A DNA stretch of 63,588 nt, counting the filler, from Nemertoderma westbladi (Eukaryota > Animalia > Xenacoelomorpha), in the NCBI GenBank assembly GCA_032718475.1. It is 4 parts of 4 records of this genome, joined end to end, with 100 filler letters (N's around TTAATTAATTAA, not from the genome) between each part and the next. Parts side by side here need not be neighbours in the genome. Positions count along the whole stretch, not along the records: positions 37,361 to 58,424 come from JAUCBJ010008208.1; positions 58,525 to 63,588 come from JAUCBJ010000369.1; 2 more parts are not named here. One strand, written 5' to 3'. The notes below the pieces were generated by a model. The model worked only from the letters and a program-made list of their open reading frames with translations, was not told where the DNA came from and did not search any database. Positions 52,799 to 63,588 of this stretch are shown piece after piece. The translations under genes were made by a program, and so were the position numbers. The number at the start of each line of letters is the position of its first letter. The stretch's first letter is position 1.

Positions 52799-53643
52799 AT
52801 TTATTATCCAATCAATAAAATATTAATATGGTATTCGTAATAGTGGAATATTTAACATAATATTTTCATGCTAATACACTTTAAACTACTGTGTACGAAG
52901 GTATTTATTACTGTATTGTTATTGTTAGGCAACAGTAAGTTTAACAACATTATGAATAGAGTACGTGGAATTGTCCTTTTGGTGATGACATGTGGTGTTG
53001 CCAAACTTTCAACCAGCTGTTCATAAGCTCCACCATTGAAAAAATGCAGCATTGACTACAATCTTGCAATCTAACTACAATCTTTGGTCAAATGGGTTGT
53101 GATCTGGTTTGAAAAGTTGGCCAGTCTAATCTAAACAATAAATAATAAACAATAGGACAATAAATAACATGTCGATCCTCTTTCAGTCTCATGTACATTA
53201 TCTCCAGTGAGATTTATAGGACATCCGTTTTCAGTTCCAAAATATAACACTTTGGTGTAGATTTTCTTGTGTTGGTGTGGGTTGTGGGTATTGACTTTTC
53301 ATAAGTTCTAAATTGAGAATAGATAGACTAGAAACTGAGGTTTTTGACAATTTTATGATACTAGTGATTAATCAGCGCAACAATACTTTGTAACACAGTA
53401 GGGAACAACTGAGTTATACCAAGATCAACTCGCTGGTTTTGTCGAGTAGCTCTCAAATTTCGTAGACTATTCTCTAGACAGACACAATATCAGATTCAGA
53501 ATTTATTAAATAGGGTCGTTTATGTATCACACCTGCTGCATCGCATAGTTGGACAGAATGTGGGTTTGTTGACAATGTGACTGGAGGTATGAGCTCCATA
53601 TTGGGAAGAACACCTCGTGGCCAAATCCATAGTCTCATGGTGC

Positions 53644-54340
53644 TACTACTACTTGGTCGATCGAGATCGGACAGCGGAAATGGGATCCTTACAGGCTTCC
53701 CGATTCTTCGTAATTTTCGCAATTTCGTTACTACTAACTTTCTCTTCAGGTGCCTGGAGAGTTCTGATTTCCAGATGGTGTCCATTTTTTATAGCGCAAC
53801 CCTACCCATGCCATTTCTATCTTTTGGCTGCTCTCTATCCATCCAACCTTCAATGGGCAATGTCATCCTCAATGTATCTATATATCAATGTATCTATATC
53901 TATATCTATATCAATGTATCCGGCAACTATAACTGCAGTTGCCGGATATCTGCAACTGCGTTCTTGTAGAGTGAGTGGCAGTCATCATTGCGTAATAAAG
54001 TACAATTACGAATAGTAATGGCGCCAATGTGTCACCTTGCAGTACACCAGCCAGGATTGAGAAAAACTCAATTTCACCATCTGGTGAAAGTACCTGAGCT
54101 TCTGTGTCACAATATAACAATCCAATGCCAGCGAAAATTACCTCTGGTATTCCATAAGCTCTTATGATTTCCAGCATTCTTCCTCTATGGATGGAGTCGA
54201 ACGCCTTCTTGATGTCCACAAAAGTCAGAACTGCGGGAAGGTTCTTTGACGTAATTCCTTCAACCAGCCTCCGTAGCGGTAGTATTAGTATCAGAGCTAT
54301 TGTTGATCTATTTGGTTGAATTGCATTTTGGCTCTTACGT
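53644..54340 (-). mobile_element. Internally deleted Proto2-like LINE fragment, same family as 35988-36780
   Basis: DIKKAFDSIHRG and GVLQGDTLAP; shares the 3' end and (AGT)n tail with the 36.7-kb copy. Confidence 0.82.
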
Positions 54341-54431
54341 AGCAGTTTCTTTACAGTACTGTATGTGAGGCCTAAATCTATATACAGTATAATATTTTTT
54401 TGTTGTAAATTTTGGCACTACTACCGGTACT

Positions 54432-55410
54432 ACACTACTACTACTACGATAATCGGCCTGCTGCGTTGAAGCTGCATATTGATATGATATGCTGGCTTAA
54501 GAAAATATATTTTTGCCACCACCATGCTATCCACAATTGGCATGTCCCAATGCAGAATACATTAAGAATGCTGTGCCGGCTTATCGACAAAAAGACACAG
54601 CCACAACTCCCTATCCATCATGACTGGCGAGATTATCCGCATCTTCAAGGCCAGTGTCCTTTAGGAGGCGTCTCACGAAAGTAATGGGCTGTCCACCATG
54701 CTTATTTTCTCCACGGGGCTGCCATGCACAAGATTGTACACAGGCTGGTCCAAACGGCAGAAAGCAATGTCCTATAAAGCGGAGGCGGCTTTGTTCAAGT
54801 CTCAAAATTGGGAACCAATAAGACACCTCCAATGTTATATAATGACTTGTTGGTGATTTGTGCATTGTACTTGACACAATGAACCCGGCGTATCATTCTT
54901 GCGAATGTGCCATCCAGAGATTTGGTGTCCTCGCAGTTAGAGCCCAGCATGGACTCCCAGAGAGGAGTACTGGAACTACTGCTGCTCTAAATAATCGGAC
55001 CGTAAGTTTCCAATGAATTCTGTGTGACTTCCAAATCCTGGAAAGCCCATTCAATGCTACCCATGCCTTTCCCTTGAGTATTCGAAGGTACTCACCCGAT
55101 TGCCGGATCCATGATCCCAGGTAACAGAAGTCGTCCACATGCTCAAGCATACCATCATATGAGCTTATGCTAATGCGACCAGACATTTCCCGAGAACTTT
55201 CAAAGTTAACTGTCAAAATTTGCGTCCTCTTGAAGTTAACAAAAAACCAACACTAGAAGCAGCATGTTCTAATGAGCTGAGGAGCCGTTGGGATCCCTCT
55301 AGTGATTCTGAGAGTACTCCTAAGTCATCAGCAAAGTCTAGATCAGTTAGGTACTTGGTAGGATTTCCTCGACTTCTGGAGCCACTAGGCCACATTACCA
55401 TCACTCAATC
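54432..55410 (-). mobile_element. Degenerate RTE-group LINE 3' fragment
   Basis: YLTDLDFADDLGVL, DDFCYLGSW, RLRFIGHC and a (TAG)n tail. Confidence 0.82.
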
Positions 55411-56345
55411 GTCATTATGATGATCTAAGGACATGTGTAGAACACTTACGCATCCCGTTTCTCTATGGGGCCTAATTTTATATAGAATCATTTTGTTGTA
55501 TATTTTGGCAGCTACCACAAGCAAAGAGATCCCACGATAGTTTGTTGGTACCCGAGGTCTCCTTTCTTGGGGAGAGGCTTTTAGTCGACGTTTAGTCCAA
55601 ATTGGTGGTGGCTTTTCCCCTTTAAGCCCGGTTGCAAAGGTAGCCCTGAAGCCCGGTAGCCTCCTTGGAGTAAGATTGGTGTGAAACGGCCTCGGACAGC
55701 TGATATCGCTATTAAGTCAGTATCAGGACGATTCACCTTAAAGACAATTCGGTCCCGGAAAATTCCATCTCCCAGGGATTTCGAAATCTGTCCCATTATT
55801 ATAAGTCCGAAGTGTTAAAAATTATTCCTACATTATCGGACAAAATTTTCCTACATGAAAGTCAATTTTATGACTTATGATCTCTAGAGTTAACATAAAT
55901 AGCCTGTGTCAGCATGACTGATAATTGCGTTATTGGCTAAATAATATTATATAGGGCACCTTCTACTTCTACTTCTACTATACGATAATTCCAAGCCAAA
56001 CACTTATAGGATTATAACTCATGTCGTGAACGCACAAAAACATTAACACTTTTCTAGGAATATAATGCGCTGTGTTTCAAGTCCAATTAACTCTTTATTG
56101 GATCTAATGCGCTTTGTTACAAGACCAATTAAGTCTTTATTGCTAGCGTTTGCGAATAATTAATTGTTTGGCCTCATGGTAAATAGTCTTTGTTAATAAT
56201 CAGCGATATTGTATGACGAGGTTATGGATCGTATTATTTCCGAGTGTTGGTTTCATTTTAACAACAGCCACCAATTGTACATAACTCATACTGTAAGCAC
56301 AATGCGGTTGAGTTATATACTTCCAAGTTCAAAATTACATACTTT

Positions 56346-57445
56346 TCAATTCAATTCAATATAAATTTAATCCGTTAAGTTAAATTAAATTAATGGTATT
56401 GCACGCACCCAAACACCATAAGCTGTGGTTATACAGTGAAAGTAATTAAGAAAAAAAGAAAAAAGATGGAATGGTGTTAGGGAAGGGGAAATGTAAGGAC
56501 ACGGAGGCTAGCTAATAGCAGGGCTAGTAGACGCTAGCCACAGGGGGGGGGGGGGGGGGGGGGGGGGTCTGAGGGCGGGAGGTTACATCTGAATACTCAT
56601 AATTTAGGATAGTTTTTATTAGTTTCGATTTTTATTCATTATATATTTAAACCGTGGGACTAATCTTGTAAATAGTTACTTATTGTATGTCAATAACAAG
56701 TGAGGTAACGTCAGCGAGAAATGTGTAGACGACGGATGTACAATGTGCATGGAATTACGATTTTTGTAATTTGGAAGAAAATAAGCAAAGACGCAGGCCA
56801 GTGATATGATTTGTATGGGAGTTAAATTGGTTATAATTTTGAAATTAGATGAAGTTTGTAATTTTTTGAAAAACTAGGTTTGGATGTTTTGTTACGCATA
56901 TCACAAGCGATGGCACTCCAAATAGATGGGCCTTGGAAACACATGGATCTTTGGGAAGAGGTTAGACGAAATAGCGGTAAACAAAAGTTTCCTAAAAGAT
57001 GAAGAGCGGGTGGCTTAATTATGTATAGATGAAGTTTAAGTAAATAAAGAACCGAGTTCAGAGGTGGGGCTGATAATGTGGTGGTGGATATCATGCATGA
57101 AAAGGCCGACCTGGTGTTTATACAGTAAGTTTATACAGTAGGTAGAATTCCTATACATTTGTATAAAGGCGCAGAGGAAGATTGTGAGTCACTGAAAGTA
57201 ATGCATCTGATAATTTTGTTTATTTTAACTCTAAGTGGATAAAGGGTGGTGGAATGAGTACTTCCCCAAAGTAGAATACCGTACTGTATGTAAGGGTGAA
57301 TTAGGGTGAAATAAAGTTGACTTAGAATATTTAGAGGGAAGATATAGCGCAGTTTGTAGAAAATTCCAGAGGTTTTTTATATTTTTTTAAGTATGAAGTT
57401 TATATGAGGTTTCCAATTTAGATTACTATCCACCCAGATGCCAAC
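56346..57445 (-). mobile_element. CR1/L2-group (Crack-like) LINE 3' fragment
   Basis: YFTLIHPYIQYGILLWG and SMCFQGPSIW...SFSKNYKLHL, with a (TTGAA)n tail at 56346-56360. Confidence 0.75.
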
Positions 57446-57984
57446 TTTACACTTACTTGTCACTTACTTTCATGAATACACTCAATATATAACCAGCGCA
57501 AATACAAATTATTATGTAAGACAGGAATGTTAGTAGTCGCAAATAAATATGTCATTAGATGTCATAGTAGTGATACGCATGTCATATAATGGAACAGTGT
57601 GGTCGTAGATAGTAAGAAAGTAAAAGCAATTGTCTGAGACAGATGGTCGTCTACTGGCACAAACCACTACTGGTCGGAGGTAATAAGAAAGTGAAAGTAA
57701 TTATCTGAGACAGATGGTCGTCTACTGCCACACACAACTAGCGGTCGGAGTTAATAAGAAAGTGAAAGTAATTTTCACCCCTCTCCAGGTGAAAATCGCC
57801 CCAAATAACAGCTGATTACTGTCAAAAATAAAACTGTTATATTGACTCCTCGGTCAAGCATCATCGTAATTTAAAGGATAAAGAAAAATTAAGATATATT
57901 ATTGTTTATTACATTAATTTAGATAACAAAACAAATATGTCCCGGTCCATGTTTGCTAGTGTAACTGGTCAATTATTGACAAAA

Positions 57985-58125
57985 CAACTAATTGTCCCTC
58001 GGACAATTGCCTCCTAACTATTGTCCCCCTGACAATTGTCCCCGCTGACAATTGCCCCCGCGGAGAATTGCCTCCGCGGACTGTTGCCCCCGAGGACATT
58101 TGCCCCCGCGGACAATTGCCCAATT
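57985..58125. repeat. Short degenerate tandem array of GGACAATTGCCCC (MITE-type sub-terminal repeats)
   Basis: About 8 imperfect copies of a 17-18-bp unit. Confidence 0.7.
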
Positions 58126-58524
58126 ACAATGAGTGACGGTGCAATGACACTTACCCACCAAACAATTTCCCTCGAGGAAAATTGCAAAATAAATAAGTTC
58201 GTTGCTAACTAGCAATAACAAACAATCCTAAAATAGTACAAGCACGGCACGGCACGGGATAAGATTATAAATACAATACAAAATACCTGTAGGCAGATAG
58301 AAGGATAGGCCTACTGAATTACTGTACTGAGTACCGGTAGGCCTTCTAAAACTAATAATTGATCGATTCGGTTGTTCGGTGATCAGGTATGTACACTAAA
58401 CCCTAAATTAGGTACGAGTACTTGNNNNNNNNNNNNNNNNNNNNNNNNNNNNNNNNNNNNNNNNNNNNTTAATTAATTAANNNNNNNNNNNNNNNNNNNN
58501 NNNNNNNNNNNNNNNNNNNNNNNN

Positions 58525-59291
58525 TGGCGTTGGGTTACATGCACTAGTCAAGATATGTGAGCGTTACGGCGCTAAATTTGATATTTTGTTCAATCCACTC
58601 AAATCACACTGTTTGTATTTTATGCCCTATCGTTTTCACCGTGCAGGCGACATCTATCTCAATGGAAAACCGTTAGAATGTGTTAAGCAGGTTTCTTACT
58701 TGGGACACATTATAAGCTGTGACCTTTCTGATGAAGCAGACATAAATAAAATTAAATCTTCTTTATTTTGTCGAGGTAATTTGTTAGTTAGAAATTTCTC
58801 TCGGTGTTCTCTTGGTGTTAAACTATGTTTGTTCAAAACTTATTGCTACAGTTTATATTGCAGCTCTTTGTGGTCTATTTTCCGTGTTCAAACTTTGCGA
58901 CAAGTGAAAGTAGCCTATAACATGTGTTTTCGTCTGTTGTTTAAATACTCCCGCAGTGACGATGCAGACACAATTTTTGTTAATAATAGAGTAAATACCT
59001 TTAAGGCCATTATGCGCAAATCTATATTTTCCTTGTTAAATAGAGTAAATAACTCAGGTAATACGCTAATTGGTGCTATTATAACTAATTTTTCAGTGAA
59101 CTCTGTTCTGATTGATCGGTGGCACAAGGTGCTTGATCCAAGTTAAACGTAATTATTTTATTCGACTTACATTGTTAAATTTCCTTTATTTTCGTATTTG
59201 GTGTAATTCTACTTTAATGTGCTGTATTTCTCAAATTTAGTTTAGTTAGTTCAGCCTTGTATGTACAATGGATCGTTTGTGTCCGAGATTA

Positions 59292-59322
<31 letters not shown>

Positions 59323-59323
59323 A
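58525..59323 (+). mobile_element. RTEX-like LINE 3' fragment
   Basis: FNPLKS, YLGHIIS and LFKTYCYSLYCSSLW, followed by a 3' UTR and a (TAAA)n tail at 59292-59323. Confidence 0.8.
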
Positions 59324-59885
59324 TGTACGTTATACAAACCCTACAATAGTGCTTGCACACCACATAGGTTGTATAATCATTAGTAATGGATAAATGTGTA
59401 AAGGATCAGGTCAGTGAAGCGTCGTGACGAATTTGTTCGTGATATTTGGGTTATCAGTCGGGGGTTGACTGTTCAGCGCCATATGGGTAATATTCTAGAG
59501 TAAACCATTATACTCTGTTTCCAAAGAAGTTACCTTGGTTCCCAATCCCACCCTTACGACATGTGATGGATGAAAGCCTGGGTGGAGCTACGCTGCATAT
59601 ATATTGTAAATCACTGTGCCCAAACAAACAGACTAGGACTCATTCCTGGGGCATAATGATTACAGGCTAAAAATTTCACCACTTTGGCTAGTATAATTTT
59701 CATCGTGGTGCATTCAATTTTATGTACCAGATATTTTATATATTTAACGCGTTCACATTAATATAAAACTTAAAAGTGGTTAAATGATTTGCATTAAAAT
59801 TGAATATAAAGTATAATAAAAATATGTCAATAAAATAAGTAAATAATAAAGTTTTCAATTATTAGCAAATGGCACTTTATAACAG

Positions 59886-62017
59886 CTATTCAAAATAGAT
59901 ACCAAAGACATGACCTATGCAGAACATAGTTTTATTAGAGAATGAGTATGAAGCATAACTATCGTACCGCGGATCCCACAGACATTCACTTGCGTCGGTG
60001 ACTCCCTGGTCATTTATCCCACCAAGAACTATATACGCCACGATCTTGTATCTGGAGTATTCCATGTGTCTGACGCGGCGTTTCACGATGTCGGACATCT
60101 TGCTTACGAGCTCAGGCGCAACTCCTGGGCTGTACTTGACGTCTTCCAATGTACTATGGATGACTTCTTTAAGAATTTCTCTAACTCTGCCGGGTTCAAA
60201 GTGCCCCTTTTTATCGGGCCCCATTTTATAAGTTGGTTCATATCGCCGGAAATCTGTGGTTGTTTGAAATCGCCTAAATAATATATAATTATTTGTGTTA
60301 ATAATAATGAATATATTGTTCATTATTACATAATACACCTCGTATGTGTCCCACTAGCGTGCTATTTATGGTACCAATCCAAATCTAAACACCCCAGCAA
60401 CCCCTTACCGAAACATCATATTATTTTAATTTTAATTTTAATTATTTTATTTTTATTTATTTTATATTTATTTTATTTATTTTTTAATTTAAGTTTATTG
60501 TTTTGCTGTCGTCGAATTGGTAGCCCTACTCTTCATTAAATGAACCACAATCCACAATCAACCTGTTACAGTGCAGCTTACATAAAGAAGTGTCAAGTAC
60601 AATGCACACATCTTCAACCAGACACTATATAACATTGGAGGTGTCTCATTGGTTCCTCCAAGCTTGACACTAGAACAAAATCGCCTCCGCTTCGCAGGAC
60701 ATTGCTTTCGCCGTGAGGACCAGCCAGTGTATAATGGATTGAGTAAATAAGCATGGTGGACAGCCCATGACTTTCTTGAGACGCATCTTTAATGGACACT
60801 GACCTTGAAGATGCGGATGATCTAGCAAATGTCATGGGTGATAGAGATTTGTGGCGGTGCAATTTTGTCGACAAGCCGGCACAGCATTCTTAAAAATGCA
60901 GCTGCAATGCAGCATGCCGATACTAGTAAGAAGGCTATGCCAGCTTATCGAAAAAATTGCGCCGCCACAACTCACTAACCCCCATGATTTTCGCGAGATT
61001 ATTCGGATCTTTAAGGCCACTGTCCTTTAAGAGGCGTCTTAAGAAAGTCATGGGCTGCCAACAATGCCTAGTCTCTCCATGGGTCTTCAAAAGCACAAGA
61101 TTATGCACTGGCAGGTCCTTACGGCGAAAACAAAGTCCTGCAAAGTGGAGGCCGCTCCGATCAAGAGTCAATCTTGGTGGAACCGAAGGAACACCTCCAG
61201 TATTATGCTGTAATAGCGTCGGTTTGAAGAGGTGTGTATTGTACTTGATACAGTGAACCCGGCACAGCATTCTTGTGTATCTGCCATTCAGAGATTTGGT
61301 ATTCTCAGCAGATAGAGCCCAGCATGAACTCCCATGGGAGTACTGGTTCAACTGTTGTTCGAAATAATAGAACCTTAAGTTATATATACAAAATACTTGT
61401 ATGAATTCCTAATCCTGGAAAGCCTATATAATGCTGCACTTCTATTCAATGCTGCATACTCCTTGCGTATTCAAAGGTCTTCCTTCACCAGACTTCCGGA
61501 TCCATGATTCCAATCCAAGTCGTAGAAATCATCCACATGCACAAGCAGATTATCCCTTAGAACTTATGCTCATACGATCAGGCATTTACTGAGGGCTGTC
61601 AAACTGTCAAACTGTACTTAATTAAATAATAATCGTTGGCTTGACAACCTAGGCCGTCCGTGTGTGGGCATAGTCATTCTAGTTTACTAGAGTTAGTTAC
61701 AATATTTATACTCACCGCATTAAAGTAAGTCTTTTGACGGATCCGTAAAACTTCGACAGACTGCCACGTTTATTTAAGGCAATGCTTCCTCTTGGCATCA
61801 TACTACCCCGGGGTTCCATCAAACTAGGACGCATACTAGGTCTGTGTGCCATACTAGGTCTGGGTGCCATACTAGGTCTGGGTGCCATACTAGGTCTGGG
61901 TGCCATACTAGGTCTGTGTTCAACCCCCGGTTGGAATTCCACCTTGCTGTTACGGTTTGGTTTCGCTCCTGAAGAACCCGGGTTTATTAGGATAGTTGGA
62001 CGTCGTTTCTCAGCCAT
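59886..62017 (-). CDS. TCTEX1D1: Tctex1-domain dynein light chain (TCTEX1D1/DYNLT5-like), 2 exons, 229 aa
   Basis: Exon 1 62017-61716 (donor CG|GTGAG) and exon 2 60273-59886 (acceptor TTTAG|G) match in phase 2. Domain YEPTYKMGP...RYKIVAYIVLG...CLWD..YDSYASYSF.N...VFGIYFE. Paralogue identity (D1 vs D4) is uncertain. Confidence 0.88.
60600..61600. mobile_element. Two RTE-group LINE fragments in tail-to-tail orientation inside the Tctex1 intron
   Basis: Plus copy at about 60600-60895 and minus copy at about 60929-61600, both similar to 54432-55410. Confidence 0.7.
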
Positions 62018-62718
62018 TTTGACAGTTTACGCGTAAATTAATTTAACTAAAGCGAAAGTAACATTTATTGTACATTTAAGATATTTCGATGTAGCGTAAT
62101 AAATTTCGAAACAATGGTGATGTTGACACTTAGATTTTAATTAATATATATGCCAGGAAGTCTGTTGTGACTGTTTATTAGTGACGCCTCAAAACTTGGC
62201 TAATGCTATTAATAATATATATACACACACATGCTCTCTTGGAAATAAAAGGTTCCTATTTTATAATGAGATCGTATCTAAACAAAGAAACTTAATACTG
62301 CGGACCCTTGCTGAATTTTGCATTCCTTAATTGATTGATCACATACATTCATCATTTCTGCAGTAATACTTACAATCATTGAGAATGCCTAACAAGTTGA
62401 CATGATAAATTATAATGTATAAGCCTAATCAAATATCCAATTATGCTTGCGTTACAGTGCCAGGACTGCCTTGGACTATAAATATAAATTCTAAGAAAAG
62501 AAAAGTCTTCTTGGGAGACAAGAAGGGGGGGGGGGGGGGGGGGACTTGACGCAAATCAAATCCCATTTTAGTGAATTAATATCTCGTCTCGATGATAAAT
62601 TGTTAAATTAAGGGACATGAACAGGTTACAGTGCCTAATTTTTTTTCAAATTTCAAATGGTTGTTGTACAGTATTAAGGCAAGGGAGATTGTGTTGTGTA
62701 TGGTACTTTATAATAATA

Positions 62719-63326
62719 TGTGGGGCGAGACACGTAGTCGGCGAGCCTTGGCATACGGTTCATATAGGGCAAATGGGGCATGTCCGTCTGTCTGTCTGTC
62801 TGTCTGTCTGGTAAATGTTTGAACGCGAATTTCTCGGCATCGCTGGTTCGGAATTGAACCAAACTTTGTAGGTAAGTAGTAGAGAGAAAGTTTAGAAAGT
62901 TTGTAAAGTTTGGTGAAAAATCATGCAGTCTGACGTCAGCTACGACAGATTATGTGGTTTTTAGAAAATGTTAAATTTCTCGGGAAGGCCTCATTTTTCT
63001 GAGCTGAAATTTTGGTGGCCTGTAGAGAATCATGAAGTCTATCTTTTACGAAATTGAAAAGTTAAGACATTTAATTGGGGATCCGCAAGAGACTCAGAAG
63101 TAATGACATAGGCCTACCGGTACGGTACTGCTGTACAGTGCTGCACTGGTAAGTACGAAATTGCAGAATAACAATTTGACACCACCTAGCGGATTAACAT
63201 ATGATTGTATATCGAATGAATACATTTATAGCATGGGATATGGGGTCCAAACTAGACATGCCCCATTTGCTCTATATGAACCGTATGCCAAGGCTTGCCG
63301 ACTACGTGCTGCGCGAAGTCCCCACG
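62719..63326. mobile_element. Non-autonomous element with inverted arms and a (GTCT)n tract (DINE-1/Helentron-like or MITE)
   Basis: 62731-62784 is the near-perfect reverse complement of 63255-63308. (GTCT)n at 62782-62810. Confidence 0.55.
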
Positions 63327-63588
63327 AACGTGTTCTTTTGTTTTATTAATAAAATTATGTATTTCTTATTTTTACTATGGGCTGGGCATTGCTGTCTGAA
63401 TGAAAGAATAGAATAAACAGGGTGGTCAATATACATCATATACAGTACGACACCACCTTGTTGAGTCGTCCTCCCACATCCTATTGTAAAGAAACGTGTG
63501 GCTCCGCGCCCCACGATTATTGTTTATGGGCTGCACAGTTAGTTACAAAACGCCCCCAGTTAGATATTAATGTCTGAAGGGAAACAAA

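Noticed and set aside
56542-56567. Poly-G runs (also about 49413-49428 and 62525-62542) as G-quadruplex elements
   Set aside because: Homopolymers inside or next to repeat remnants, with unreliable length and no sign of function.

Overview
Eukaryotic, probably invertebrate, genomic DNA in four contig pieces joined by artificial N50-like/TTAATTAATTAA spacers (18457-18556, 37261-37360, 58425-58524), so adjacency across those joins is not guaranteed. Piece 1 is a replication-dependent histone cluster: H2A, H4, H3 and H1 with 3' stem-loops, and an H2B-type promoter at the left edge. A 3323-bp unit (5' end of H4, H3, H1) is repeated three times. The third H1 promoter is interrupted by an apparently intact 6.7-kb APE-RT non-LTR retrotransposon whose ORF1 carries a Ulp1/SENP-like cysteine protease domain. 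Piece 2 holds a second, diverged and degenerate member of that family. It is split by a foldback Mutator-like element (9-bp TSD), cut by an LTR, and headed by an 81-bp coding minisatellite. Piece 3 has an intronless KRTCAP2 and a 10-exon gene ending in a DUF1349/Ree1-like domain, with a possible alternative first exon. It also has SINEs, satellites, an Academ-like remnant with a nested solo LTR and LINE fragments. Piece 4 has a two-exon Tctex1-domain dynein light chain gene. All family assignments come from motif recognition by eye; no searches were run.
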